DNA of 53,802 bases. It comes from a virus. Its lineage: Duplodnaviria; Caudoviricetes. The position numbers were made by a program, and so were the translations under genes. Below the pieces are notes generated by a model, which did not search any database, was not told the origin of the DNA, and saw only the letters and a program-made list of their open reading frames with translations. The stretch covers positions 1-53,802 of IMG/VR virus record IMGVR_UViG_3300030107_003607; one strand, 5' to 3'. Shown here one piece after another: positions 29,851-39,949 of the stretch. Within the stretch, counting starts at the first letter, position 1. Each line of letters starts with the position of its first letter.

Positions 29851-30407
29851 TGAATTATCCAGAGCACGGTAAATATGAATGGCTTCCAATATTATATGAT
29901 TTTATTGCCACATTGAAACCAAAAAAGATAATAGAATTTGGTCCTGGTTCAGGTTATACTACAATATGTATGGCTAAGTCTTTAGAAGAAAATAAAATAG
30001 ATGGACACATATATTCTTATGATATATGGGATGATGATTATTGGGGAAAAAGGTCTATAACTCAAACAGAGTATAATGCTTGGGGTGTATCTGAATACAT
30101 AACATTGAATCACTTAGATTTCTTCGAATGGATACAGAAGCCAGAGAAATTTGATTTTATGTTTTTTGACATCAACAATACATCTGAAAAGTTATTAAAA
30201 CTTTATAATGGAGTTAAAGAACAAATAGATAATGGTTCGGTTGTATTTTTCGAAGGTGGTTCTAAAGTAAGAGATTCACACGGACACGATGGTGGAAGTA
30301 TGTATGATATAAAAGATTACTTAAACTACAAAGTATTAACTGGTAATGTTAAATATTCGGCATCAGCTATCTATAATACAGACAAATACGATTTAGATTT
30401 CTCGTGA
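29850..30407 (+). CDS. Class I SAM methyltransferase
   Basis: IIEFGPGSGYTT, YSYD, FDFMFFD. Confidence 0.75.
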   Translation: MNYPEHGKYEWLPILYDFIATLKPKKIIEFGPGSGYTTICMAKSLEENKIDGHIYSYDIWDDDYWGKRSITQTEYNAWGVSEYITLNHLDFFEWIQKPEKFDFMFFDINNTSEKLLKLYNGVKEQIDNGSVVFFEGGSKVRDSHGHDGGSMYDIKDYLNYKVLTGNVKYSASAIYNTDKYDLDFS

Positions 30408-31285
30408 ATAAGATATTAGTAATAGCAACTGGTTGGCATTTTAGTTCACATTTCTATGAGAAAATGGCACAACAGATTGTACCCGATGGTTGGGAGATAG
30501 ATTACTATTGTGTAGCTCACAGAACACCTGAAGATGAAAATACAATCAAAGAAAAAGATGATGTCAGACATTTAGATGATGGTCATTTCTTAGATGAGTT
30601 AGACCAAATGATGTACATACATCCTATCACTACGAAACAGATAGAAGATTTTGGTTGGAAATTTATGTTGGAAGAAAATACTGTGGGTGATATGGAGTGT
30701 TTTAATCAATGGTCTGAACACTATGACTACAGAGATTATGATTTTGTTTTAGTTACGCACGATGATAATTTCATACTATCAGATGAGTTGTTTACTGATA
30801 TTGTCGGTGGTGTCGAAGTTTATAAACCAATAGAAGAGAGTAGGTATGGCGCTCATCAATTTAACATAGAGAAAGTTAAGTTAGACAACGATTGGATGTT
30901 TTTAGATAATGGATATACTGAAAGTTTACCTAAAGCATTTACACCGAGAGGTTCTTTTAGTTTCTATAAGAGAGAACTAATAGATATGTTGCCTGATAAT
31001 AAATTTAATATGTATGAGAATGGTGGTTATGGAACTGTTTATCGTCACGGTGAAACTTCTAGCGCTGGTTATGATGGTATAAAGGCTTGGAATACGCACG
31101 CTGGCACTTTTAGAGACTTTTTGTATGAGGGTAATTTAGTTGATAGCACAAGATGGCTCTCTGATATGAAAAGGGTTAGTAAATATTGTATTGAGGGTGA
31201 GAGAGGATTTGTAAGTAATCACAGAGCTGGTGAGAATTATTTGTCAAATGTTCAAAAACATTTAAAGGAGTTGGAATGGATATAA
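30404..31285 (+). CDS. Putative GT-A glycosyltransferase
   Basis: FNQW...LVTHDD motif; island context. Confidence 0.5.
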   Translation: MNKILVIATGWHFSSHFYEKMAQQIVPDGWEIDYYCVAHRTPEDENTIKEKDDVRHLDDGHFLDELDQMMYIHPITTKQIEDFGWKFMLEENTVGDMECFNQWSEHYDYRDYDFVLVTHDDNFILSDELFTDIVGGVEVYKPIEESRYGAHQFNIEKVKLDNDWMFLDNGYTESLPKAFTPRGSFSFYKRELIDMLPDNKFNMYENGGYGTVYRHGETSSAGYDGIKAWNTHAGTFRDFLYEGNLVDSTRWLSDMKRVSKYCIEGERGFVSNHRAGENYLSNVQKHLKELEWI

Positions 31286-32013
31286 AACAACCAATTATTC
31301 ACGATAGACATTTAGTTAAGAAAGCATTTGAACTTTTTAAAAGTCAGACAAAGCCGAATATATTTACACACCCAAAAGACTTAACAATAGTTACTTGTAG
31401 AAATGAAGGTTCTTTAGAGGATAGAATCATACCACATTTATCAGGTTATGAAGAGAAATCTATATTAGAGAGTAATATGGAGTATTTAGGTTTAGATTTA
31501 GTTGTACTAAAGGATGCTAGATTACCTTGGAGAAACACATTTAAATTTGAAATGATAAATAACTATCTTCAATCGGGCAAATGTACCACCAAATATTTTA
31601 TGTGTTTAGATGCTATTGATATAATATTTGTAGACGATCCACAGAGAGTGATAGATATATTTACATCATTTCAATGTCAAGCTTTATTTATGTCTACATC
31701 ATCATTAGATGGATACAATTGTATGCCAGAAGTATTAGATTGGGTACATAGTATCAATGGGGGCATACCTCGTTATTTAAATAGTGGAGTTTATATTGGA
31801 AAGACATCTTTCATAAAAGAATTATATGAGGAAGCTATAAATTATGCCATACCACACGGAGTGACTATGGATGATTACAGAGATTACTTAGCGAGAGAAC
31901 CTAAAGACTATCCAAAGGGTTCACAAGACCAAGATATTATCAGATATTTAGAACCAAAATTTTATCCACAATTAAGAGTGGATTACCAAAACCAAATGGC
32001 ATTTAGGAGTTGA
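31276..32013 (+). CDS. Glycosyltransferase resembling the PLOD GT domain
   Basis: LDAIDI, RYLNSGVYIG, QDQ, VDYQNQM. Confidence 0.65.
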   Translation: MDIKQPIIHDRHLVKKAFELFKSQTKPNIFTHPKDLTIVTCRNEGSLEDRIIPHLSGYEEKSILESNMEYLGLDLVVLKDARLPWRNTFKFEMINNYLQSGKCTTKYFMCLDAIDIIFVDDPQRVIDIFTSFQCQALFMSTSSLDGYNCMPEVLDWVHSINGGIPRYLNSGVYIGKTSFIKELYEEAINYAIPHGVTMDDYRDYLAREPKDYPKGSQDQDIIRYLEPKFYPQLRVDYQNQMAFRS

Positions 32014-32014
32014 T

Positions 32015-32917
32015 ATGAAAGTATTAATAACAGGTGGAACTGGAACTGTAGGTAGAGCTTTAATCGCACAAAACGATAATGATTATATCAGTATCAGTAG
32101 AAATGAAGAGAACATAGCCAATCTAAAAAGGGAGTATCCAAGTGTCAAATGTTATGTTGGTAATATAGAAGATAAGTCTTTACTACTCAGAGTATTTAAA
32201 GAGGTAAAACCTGATGTAGTGGTTCACGCAGCGGCTATGAAACATATTGATTTGATGGAACAGAATCCAATCGCTGGCTGTAATGTAAATGTGATGGGTA
32301 GTTTGAATGTGGTAGAGGCTAGTGTTATAAATGATGTTCCAATCACAATTGGTGTCAGTACAGATAAAGCTTGTTTATCAGAAAGTGTATATGGCGCATC
32401 TAAATACCTAATGGAGAGAGTCTTTATGAATACTAATACAGATGAGAATAGATTTTCATTGACTAGATTTGCTAATGTGGCTCATAGTGCTGGTTCAGTA
32501 TTACCATTTTGGTTGAAGTTAAAGAAAGAAGGAAATCCACTTAAACTTACAGACCCTAATATGAACAGATTAATATTCACCAAAGAAGATGCTGCTAGTC
32601 TAATCAATAGAACAATTGATTTTACTAAAGAAAATGGTGGTGGTTTTGTAAAGTCGTATAAGATGAAATGTGTGAATATGCTTGATTTAGCTAAAGTTAT
32701 TTCTGATGATATAGAGGTAGTTGGTAAAAGGCCTGGTGAGAAAACAGATGAGGATTTAATATCAGAAAGAGAAATATCTCGCACCTTTATCTATGGGGAT
32801 GATATTCATATTAGGATGGAAAAAAATAAAGACAATAATAAATTATCAGAACCTTACAATTCTGCTAGTGCAGAACATATGACAAAAGAAGAGATTGAGA
32901 AGTTAGTATGGGGATAA
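32015..32917 (+). CDS. UDP-GlcNAc 4,6-dehydratase (PseB/CapD-like)
   Basis: TGGTGTVG, HAAAMKH, STDKA, YGASK, RFANV..SAGSV.P, RPGEK. Confidence 0.85.
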   Translation: MKVLITGGTGTVGRALIAQNDNDYISISRNEENIANLKREYPSVKCYVGNIEDKSLLLRVFKEVKPDVVVHAAAMKHIDLMEQNPIAGCNVNVMGSLNVVEASVINDVPITIGVSTDKACLSESVYGASKYLMERVFMNTNTDENRFSLTRFANVAHSAGSVLPFWLKLKKEGNPLKLTDPNMNRLIFTKEDAASLINRTIDFTKENGGGFVKSYKMKCVNMLDLAKVISDDIEVVGKRPGEKTDEDLISEREISRTFIYGDDIHIRMEKNKDNNKLSEPYNSASAEHMTKEEIEKLVWG

Positions 32918-33885
32918 AAGATTACAAAATAGCTTGGTTTACAGAGGGTGGATGGCAAGGTAAAGTATCATTAGATAATCCTAATATGAGGAATGATGTA
33001 TCTACTAAATATATTTTAGGAGCTGAACATTATCCTATCTTTCAACTACCACAAGTCCTACAACAAGTTGGTGAGAACTATTTTGATTTTGGTATTGTAA
33101 CTTTGCCAAAGACAAATACAGAACATCTTTTGAAGTTTGATATGGTGGGTGACTTAAAAAAATTATGTAAGAAAACCATTTCAATGCAAGAAGGCCCACA
33201 TTGGTATTTTCAAGACTATACAATGGAACAACAGATTTGGTGGTTCAATGCCCTTACAGAGTTTGATATGTTATTTGCTCATAATCATAAGGATGTAAAT
33301 TATTATAAGGGTATAACTAATAAACCTGTACATAAAATGCCAACACTAATGTTAGCTGAAAGATTGGGTATTGTACCACGAAATGAGTGGGGTGATGCTG
33401 TAGTAATTGGTGGTAATATGGTTAGGTGGTATGGTGGTTTTGATTCTTATGTGGTTGCTCAAGAGTTTGATATGCCAATAGTCGCCCCATCAATGGGTAG
33501 AAAAATTGATAGAGAGGATGAGATGGATATACAACATCTACCATATATGACTTGGATTGATTGGATGAATAATTTAAGTCAGTATCACTCAGCTGTTCAT
33601 CTGATGCCAACTCACGCTGCTGGTACATTTGCATTGAATTGTGCATTTCACGGAATACCTTGTATTGGTTATGAGGGATTAGATACGCAAGAAGAACTTC
33701 ACACACAATTGACAGTAAAAGATGGTGATTTACATTCAGCTAAATTATTAGCCAATAAACTGAAAGATGATGATTTTTATGAAGAATGTAGTAAGAGTTG
33801 TAGAAAGAATTATGAAAACTCACTTTACACAGAGAAAAACTTCGTACCTTATATAACACAAATATTGGAGTCTTTAAATGGATAA
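32908..33885 (+). CDS. Putative GT-B glycosyltransferase
   Basis: AAGTFALNCAFHGIPCIG; island context. Confidence 0.55.
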   Translation: MGIKDYKIAWFTEGGWQGKVSLDNPNMRNDVSTKYILGAEHYPIFQLPQVLQQVGENYFDFGIVTLPKTNTEHLLKFDMVGDLKKLCKKTISMQEGPHWYFQDYTMEQQIWWFNALTEFDMLFAHNHKDVNYYKGITNKPVHKMPTLMLAERLGIVPRNEWGDAVVIGGNMVRWYGGFDSYVVAQEFDMPIVAPSMGRKIDREDEMDIQHLPYMTWIDWMNNLSQYHSAVHLMPTHAAGTFALNCAFHGIPCIGYEGLDTQEELHTQLTVKDGDLHSAKLLANKLKDDDFYEECSKSCRKNYENSLYTEKNFVPYITQILESLNG

Positions 33886-34123
33886 ATTGCAAGAACTAAT
33901 GACTATTACTATGGAAGAGTGTGGTGAACTAATACAACAATGTAGTAAAGCAATTCGATGTGATAAGTATTACGATAATACTGAATTATTAGAAGAAGTC
34001 GCTGATGTATATACTATGTTAGAATTGATGCACGAATATGATTTGATTAGTTTTAATGATGTCGATATATTAATGGAAAGGAAGAAAGAGAAATTAAAAA
34101 AATGGAGTAAGTTATATGATTGA
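33878..34123 (+). CDS. MazG-like NTP pyrophosphohydrolase
   Basis: EECGEL...K..R, EEVADV. Confidence 0.75.
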   Translation: MDKLQELMTITMEECGELIQQCSKAIRCDKYYDNTELLEEVADVYTMLELMHEYDLISFNDVDILMERKKEKLKKWSKLYD

Positions 34124-35348
34124 TGAGAGAACAATAAGTTTTATACAGCCAAGTAGAAACAATCTAAAATACTTAAAATGGTCTTACAATAGTATCCGTA
34201 AGAATTTAGGATACAGACACGAAATATGTTGGGGTGATGATGCGTCTACTGATGGAACTTGGGAGTGGATGCAAGAGATTGCTGAGAAAGATAAAAATGT
34301 AAAGATACACAGAAACGAAGGACCTGAAAGATTAGGGCATACCATATTATATGATACATTAGTAAAAATGGCAACAACTGATATTGTAATGATTTATCAC
34401 GCCGATATGTACGCCTGTCCTGAGATGGATGAAGCAGTTCTAAAACACTTAAAACGTGGAAAGGTAGTTAGTGCTACTAGGATAGAACCACCACTACATC
34501 CCGATGGTCCTGAAAAAATATTAGTAGACTTTGGCATAGAACCTGAAGAATTTGAAGAACAAAAACTGATGGAATGGTTAGAGGGTGATATGGAAGTATC
34601 TAAAGGTATTGGTAAAACTACAGAGGGTATATTTGCTCCGTGGGCTATATACAAAGATGACTTCTTAGCAATTGGTGGACACGATCCTTTATACGCTCCA
34701 CAATCAAAAGAGGACTCTGATATATTCAATAGGTTTGTATTGGCTGGGTATGAAACAATACAGACTTGGCAAGGGTTTGTATATCATATGACTTGTAGAG
34801 GTAGTAGATTCAAAGATGGTGCTATGAGAAATCCAGCAGGTCAAGTCTTTATGAAAGGTAGAGAATCATCAGAGTGGTTGGCTCAGAATCTAAGGAGTAC
34901 TCGTAACTTTATTCGTAAATGGGGGCATATGGTAAATCACGACCAATTTCTAAAGCCAGTAATACCACCTAAATATGATATAGGATTTGTGGTTGAAAAT
35001 TGTGATAATAATATGCTAAAAGAATTAGAGCCTTGGTGTTCTGATATGTATGGAGATTGGGTTGGTCACAAAGGATTTGGTGTTAATAAATACATTGAAG
35101 AAGAACAACCAAATACAAAGTTTAATTTGAGTAATAAATTACATTCACATCACACAAAACCAATTAATGATGTGGTAGTCAGATTTGACGCACAAAAACT
35201 AACACCACAGAATTTTCAAATTATTATCAAAATGTCCGAACTTTTAACAGATAGTGGTGAGGTTGGTAATATGGAATATGATATATTTAAATTTGAAATT
35301 AAATCACTTAACACATACGAAAAGGAGTTGATAGTATGCGAGTCTTAG
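34116..35348 (+). CDS. GT2-family glycosyltransferase
   Basis: DDASTDGT, HADM, IGGHD, EDSD, VYH. Confidence 0.85.
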   Translation: MIDERTISFIQPSRNNLKYLKWSYNSIRKNLGYRHEICWGDDASTDGTWEWMQEIAEKDKNVKIHRNEGPERLGHTILYDTLVKMATTDIVMIYHADMYACPEMDEAVLKHLKRGKVVSATRIEPPLHPDGPEKILVDFGIEPEEFEEQKLMEWLEGDMEVSKGIGKTTEGIFAPWAIYKDDFLAIGGHDPLYAPQSKEDSDIFNRFVLAGYETIQTWQGFVYHMTCRGSRFKDGAMRNPAGQVFMKGRESSEWLAQNLRSTRNFIRKWGHMVNHDQFLKPVIPPKYDIGFVVENCDNNMLKELEPWCSDMYGDWVGHKGFGVNKYIEEEQPNTKFNLSNKLHSHHTKPINDVVVRFDAQKLTPQNFQIIIKMSELLTDSGEVGNMEYDIFKFEIKSLNTYEKELIVCES

Positions 35349-36253
35349 TAACAGGCGGTGCAGGATTTGTAGGAACTAATTTAGTAAAGAGACTATTGAA
35401 AGATGGTCACGAAGTAATATCAGTAGATAATTATTCCACTGGTAAAAAAGAGAATGAACAAAAAGGTTGTAAATATTACTACAAAGACTTAGCTAATACT
35501 CAATGGTGGGCTTTGTGGGATGAGGATTATTGTGAGTGGTCTTGCGATTGTCAGATAGAGCCAGTTGATGTTATATATCATTTAGCAGCATTACCTAGAA
35601 TTACACCATCATTCAAAAAGCCAGTTGATACATTTAAATCAGGTCCTATGGCGACAATCAATGTATTAGAGTGGGCTAGACATCACGAAACACCTGTAAT
35701 ATATGCTGGTTCTTCATCTGTAACTGGTGATGTATATGCCAATCCTTACACTTTTACTAAGTGGCAGAATGAACATTTATTAGAGTTGTACAATAAGATA
35801 TTTGAATTACCCACATCGATATGTAGATTTTATAATGTGTATGGAGAACACCAAGCAAATGAGGGTAGTTATTGTAATGTGTTAGGAATATTTGAAAGAT
35901 TATATAGTGAGAAAAAGCCACTAACTATTACAGGCGATGGAGAACAAAGAAGAGACTTTACTTATGTTGGTGATATTGTTGATGGATTAGTTAGATGTGG
36001 GGAAGCTCACTTAGATGTGTGGGGTAATAAAGATGTAAATGGGCAATCATTTGAATTGGGTAATGGTAATAATCGTTCTATTAATGAATTGGCTGAAGCC
36101 TTTGGTGATTATCCTACAGAGTATATTGATGCTAGACCAGGTGAAATGAGAGAAACATTGAATACAGATACAAAGGCTCAAGATGTATTGGGTTGGAGAC
36201 CAAACGGAGACATCATAAAATTTATTAAAGAAAATTATGTTTTAGACGAATGA
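35336..36253 (+). CDS. NAD-dependent sugar epimerase/dehydratase
   Basis: TGGAGFVG, HLAA, PY..TK, RFYNVYG, GDGEQRRDF. Confidence 0.9.
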   Translation: MRVLVTGGAGFVGTNLVKRLLKDGHEVISVDNYSTGKKENEQKGCKYYYKDLANTQWWALWDEDYCEWSCDCQIEPVDVIYHLAALPRITPSFKKPVDTFKSGPMATINVLEWARHHETPVIYAGSSSVTGDVYANPYTFTKWQNEHLLELYNKIFELPTSICRFYNVYGEHQANEGSYCNVLGIFERLYSEKKPLTITGDGEQRRDFTYVGDIVDGLVRCGEAHLDVWGNKDVNGQSFELGNGNNRSINELAEAFGDYPTEYIDARPGEMRETLNTDTKAQDVLGWRPNGDIIKFIKENYVLDE

Positions 36254-36486
36254 CATACTATATATTATTAGATATGGATTCCGTAGAAGATATATGGGAT
36301 GATAATATTTTAGGGGAAGAATCCTTTGGAACGTTTTACACAGGTAATGGTTTTGTAGCATTAAATAATATAGTTATGGAAAAGCCAGAGTTATTAGAAA
36401 GTGTTGCCATCATCGATGAACAAAAAACCTCATACTCAGTAGAAGAGTTCTTAGATTTACTAAAAAAGTGGAAAATAAAGTCTTGA
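36250..36486 (+). CDS. Hypothetical protein
   Basis: 78-aa acidic ORF with ATGA overlap. Confidence 0.6.
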   Translation: MTYYILLDMDSVEDIWDDNILGEESFGTFYTGNGFVALNNIVMEKPELLESVAIIDEQKTSYSVEEFLDLLKKWKIKS

Positions 36487-36512
36487 CTTATATAGTGTAA
36501 GTTGAGTATATT
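36483..36512 (+). promoter_or_regulatory. Repeated promoter TTGACT-N18-TATATT
   Basis: TTGACT 36483-88, TATATT 36507-12, followed by AGGAG. Confidence 0.75.
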
Positions 36513-36526
36513 TAGGAGAAGTTGAG

Positions 36527-36706
36527 ATGGCATTAGATTATAGAGATTACGAAGAGCTAGAAGATGAAGCTATGGAAGAGTCTCTCAGAACTAAGAAAAA
36601 ACCAAAAAAGAAAAAGAAAAGTTGGAAGGAATTAAATGCAAATGAGCAAACTAAAAGGAATAAAAAGACTGGTAAGTTATGGACTAATCACCCTAATAGG
36701 ATTTAA
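36527..36706 (+). CDS. 59-aa acidic-then-basic peptide (not in ORF track)
   Basis: MALDYRDYEELEDE...KKKPKKKKK; AGGAG RBS directly after the promoter. Confidence 0.6.
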   Translation: MALDYRDYEELEDEAMEESLRTKKKPKKKKKSWKELNANEQTKRNKKTGKLWTNHPNRI

Positions 36707-37190
36707 TTTATTTGTTGGTTGTGAGGACAACAATCAACTTGAACCAATAGAATTTATATTAGAATCTAATTTAACTAAAGATTCTAACGGCTTTTACCAC
36801 TTAGACTTAGACACTACAAAGTGGCAAACTTTGCATAGGATAAGTGGAAATGTTTACAGAAACGGAGAATCTGTAGATGTATTGAAATTTGGATGGTACA
36901 GTTCACACCATTGGATAATCGGAGATGATTATGGTTATGTTATAGCCAATCACGGTTTGAACGATGACTTAGTTTATGTCGCTTATGATACTACATATAT
37001 AACTTGGTTTAGTGGATTCGAAGTTCCTATTGTTAATGGAGCTTCTTATAGTAATGCTGACGGGGAAGTAAATACAATGATGGCGCCCGTAAGAACTATG
37101 TTAGGAGATACTGCTACCATACAATACTCTTTCTACGATGATTGGAGAGGGGAACAAACCGATGGGGTATTTTATGTAATATTTGATTAA
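36642..37190 (+). CDS. Putative lipoprotein
   Basis: Basic N-terminus, hydrophobic stretch, FVGC lipobox-like site. Confidence 0.55.
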   Translation: MSKLKGIKRLVSYGLITLIGFNLFVGCEDNNQLEPIEFILESNLTKDSNGFYHLDLDTTKWQTLHRISGNVYRNGESVDVLKFGWYSSHHWIIGDDYGYVIANHGLNDDLVYVAYDTTYITWFSGFEVPIVNGASYSNADGEVNTMMAPVRTMLGDTATIQYSFYDDWRGEQTDGVFYVIFD

Positions 37191-37201
37191 GGAGTTTTCT
37201 T

Positions 37202-37447
37202 ATGAGGTATGTGTTGGTGGAGCAGGGAACGGATAATATCTGCGACAAAAGTGAATTTAACAGTTTAAAAGAAGCTGAAGAATATTTTAAAGGGATTAAA
37301 AGAATGCCAGAGGAAAAGGACTTCCATAAATTATGGAAAGTTCTCTCTGAAAAGGATTGGAACACCCAAATACATTTGGCATCACGACAAAACAAACAAT
37401 ATGAGTGGTGGAAAGATGATGAGGGTTGGTTAGATATAGACAAATAA
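37202..37447 (+). CDS. Hypothetical protein
   Basis: AAGGAG RBS, 81 aa. Confidence 0.6.
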   Translation: MRYVLVEQGTDNICDKSEFNSLKEAEEYFKGIKRMPEEKDFHKLWKVLSEKDWNTQIHLASRQNKQYEWWKDDEGWLDIDK

Positions 37448-37448
37448 A

Positions 37449-37616
37449 ATGAGTAAATTAACTAAAGAACAACAAAAAGAATTAGAAATACTAGCAGCCG
37501 AAATAGAGGCTGAGGCTATTCAAATGAAAGTGGACTATGAGAATCATCCATCAGATATGAGTGGAAGTATAGTAGTCGTACACGAAGAATCGGAATACTT
37601 AGACGAGGAAGAGTGA
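37449..37616 (+). CDS. 55-aa acidic peptide (not in ORF track)
   Basis: MSKLTKEQQKEL...DEEE; GTGA overlap with the next gene. Confidence 0.55.
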   Translation: MSKLTKEQQKELEILAAEIEAEAIQMKVDYENHPSDMSGSIVVVHEESEYLDEEE

Positions 37617-38398
37617 AACAATATGTAGACACATCTAAACTATCTGTCAGAGAAATAGATAGGAAGATTGCTAAAAAATTAATAGTTGAGAATCATTACT
37701 CACACCAATGGACAAAGTGCACTCACGCATTAGGTTTATATACCACAACAGGTAGAGAACACTCATTCTTCGATGAACCTGAAGAGAAACTTATTGGTGC
37801 TATATGTTATGGAGACCCAATAGGTAGAAACTCTGGCGCTTCAATATCATTAGCAGTACCGAGAACAGCAGTATTTGAGTTGGTAAGGTTATTTGTATTC
37901 GATGGTTACGGAAGTAATATAGAATCCTATTTGATAGGAGAAAGTTTTAGATGGTTGAAGAAGAATAGGCCAGACATAAAAGCTCTTATATCATATTCAG
38001 ATCCAATGCAAGGTCACGTTGGAACTGTATATCAGGCAACTAATTGGTTATATCAAGGTAATAATATAAGGTGGACAGATAGTTGGTTATTTAAGTTTGA
38101 AGAGGATGGTAAGTGGCAGCACGGAAGAACCATATTTCCTTATTATGGAACTAATGACATAAAGAAAATGAAAGGGTTGGTTGAGAAAGATTTTTGGATA
38201 AAGAAAGAAGTGAAGAAACACAGATATGTTTATCTATTAGGAACAAAAGGTGAAAGGAAGAAAGCGTTAAAGAAAGTAAAACATCCAATACTACCATATC
38301 CTAAAACATCGGATATGATAGAGTCGGAAGTAATAAAAGTAAAAGTTCATAACTTTGGTAAGATTAAAGGAGAACAACAATGGAATGGTCAACAATAG
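37613..38398 (+). CDS. Mom-like GNAT DNA-modification protein, paralog 3
   Basis: VENHYS, FELVRLF, ISYSDPMQGHVGTVYQATNWLYQG; aligns along its length with 2059..2823. Confidence 0.75.
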   Translation: MKQYVDTSKLSVREIDRKIAKKLIVENHYSHQWTKCTHALGLYTTTGREHSFFDEPEEKLIGAICYGDPIGRNSGASISLAVPRTAVFELVRLFVFDGYGSNIESYLIGESFRWLKKNRPDIKALISYSDPMQGHVGTVYQATNWLYQGNNIRWTDSWLFKFEEDGKWQHGRTIFPYYGTNDIKKMKGLVEKDFWIKKEVKKHRYVYLLGTKGERKKALKKVKHPILPYPKTSDMIESEVIKVKVHNFGKIKGEQQWNGQQ

Positions 38399-38595
38399 CT
38401 TGGGTATGGTTAGGTATAATGATTGGCACTATATTTGGTGTAGTCGTTAGTGGTTTATTAGGTGCTAGTAAATTTGGAGAGTTAGAGGCTGAGAATTTAC
38501 ATCTGAAATTTGTAAGAGACTCACTAAAAGAGGAAATATTCAGATTAGATAATAGAGTCAAACCAAAGCCAAGAAAGCGAAGAAAAAAGGCTTGA
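38380..38595 (+). CDS. Small membrane protein
   Basis: N-terminal hydrophobic helix, basic tail. Confidence 0.55.
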   Translation: MEWSTIAWVWLGIMIGTIFGVVVSGLLGASKFGELEAENLHLKFVRDSLKEEIFRLDNRVKPKPRKRRKKA

Positions 38596-38665
38596 TAAAA
38601 ATATTTCTATATATTTATTTATAAGTTAAAAAACTGCAGAATATAACTTAAATGGAGATCGAATA

Positions 38666-38947
38666 GTGAATCAACAAGACCGGAAGGAATTTGAGATAGT
38701 ACATTTAAAGATAGATGAACTCAAAAGTGACATTTTAAAATTACAAGCAGATATGGAAAAGGCTCATCTTAAAACCGATGACTCTCTCAGTTTCATTAAA
38801 GAAAATCTATTCAATCCCAATGAAGGCCTTTGGGCTGAAACAAAACAAAATAGTCAATTCAGAGAATCTGCTGGTAAGTGGAGAAGTATGATTGGCGCTG
38901 GTTTTATTGGGCTGTTCTTTAAACAGCTATATGACGTTTTCGGATAA
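38666..38947 (+). CDS. Coiled-coil protein with hydrophobic C-terminus
   Basis: GGAG RBS; heptad pattern then MIGAGFIGLFF. Confidence 0.55.
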   Translation: MNQQDRKEFEIVHLKIDELKSDILKLQADMEKAHLKTDDSLSFIKENLFNPNEGLWAETKQNSQFRESAGKWRSMIGAGFIGLFFKQLYDVFG

Positions 38948-39422
38948 AATATCACCAATAAACTTAGAATCTTTTCTCAATATGACTGTTGTCACGGGTC
39001 ATGGTGGGAAAGAAGTCGTTAATTTAGATGGCAAGTTAAAGACTGTCAGAGAATTAGTTGATTATTGGAATCCTCAAAGAATACAACAAACTATAGATAA
39101 ACTATCAATGGGTAAAAATAAAGAGACAATGGAGAAAGCTGGTTCATTTGATTTTTGCCGTAATCCACAATATTTAAATTGTATGGTGGCTGGCTTCAGA
39201 CATAATGTAGCAAACCACCACGAAGTTGGTTGGGATAAGATGACTAAAGAATATTATGATTCATTAGAACCAATGAGTGATGAAGAGATAGAGATATACC
39301 TAAGAGAGAATCCAGTGGAGTTTGACAAAGGACATATACATAGCTCGTATCACAGAGCTTGTGCTATGGTTGGTAGATTAATAAAAGGTCAAAAATATAT
39401 ACCATTTTATGTACGAGAATAA
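38931..39422 (+). CDS. Hypothetical protein
   Basis: ORF in operon; start approximate. Confidence 0.55.
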   Translation: MTFSDKISPINLESFLNMTVVTGHGGKEVVNLDGKLKTVRELVDYWNPQRIQQTIDKLSMGKNKETMEKAGSFDFCRNPQYLNCMVAGFRHNVANHHEVGWDKMTKEYYDSLEPMSDEEIEIYLRENPVEFDKGHIHSSYHRACAMVGRLIKGQKYIPFYVRE

Positions 39423-39930
39423 GGATTGGATTTGGATGATGCCCCACGGAGACATAACACGAGTAAAGTATTTAGATGAGGTAAATATGCCAAAGGATGA
39501 GTTTGCTATATGCCAGTCTAGCATATTAGCTCTGATGGGTATAAGGGATAATGAAGATTTAGATATAATAACACCCAATGAACCAACTAAACGAACTGAA
39601 CCACACACCGAACATTCTTTATCTGCTTGGGGGCGTGGTAGTACAAATGGTCACGTTGAGTCGGTTCATCCATATGAATATGGTATAGATAATATAGAAG
39701 ATAGTAGTTTCAAATTCAAAGGTTATAATTTCCTATATCCTAAGTACTATTTCAGATATAAGAAAGTGCCACCAATGGGTGACCAAAACGATTGGGAAAG
39801 GGATATATCAGATTGGAAAGGTATAGTAGAATTCTTTGATATTAGTAGTCACTTAGACTATCCATTTAATCAGCTAACAGAAGAACAATTAGGAGTCGAA
39901 TATCTCAAAAGATATACAGAAACTCTTTGA
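39409..39930 (+). CDS. Hypothetical protein, possible nucleotidyltransferase fold
   Basis: SSILALMGIR...DLDII. Confidence 0.45.
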   Translation: MYENKDWIWMMPHGDITRVKYLDEVNMPKDEFAICQSSILALMGIRDNEDLDIITPNEPTKRTEPHTEHSLSAWGRGSTNGHVESVHPYEYGIDNIEDSSFKFKGYNFLYPKYYFRYKKVPPMGDQNDWERDISDWKGIVEFFDISSHLDYPFNQLTEEQLGVEYLKRYTETL

Positions 39931-39949
39931 ATGGGTAGATGAGAGAGAA

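Noticed and set aside
8670-36253. Bacterial LPS or capsule locus (cellular origin)
   Set aside because: Contiguous with a phage-type replisome, shares the His-codon bias with the flanks, and lacks housekeeping and export genes
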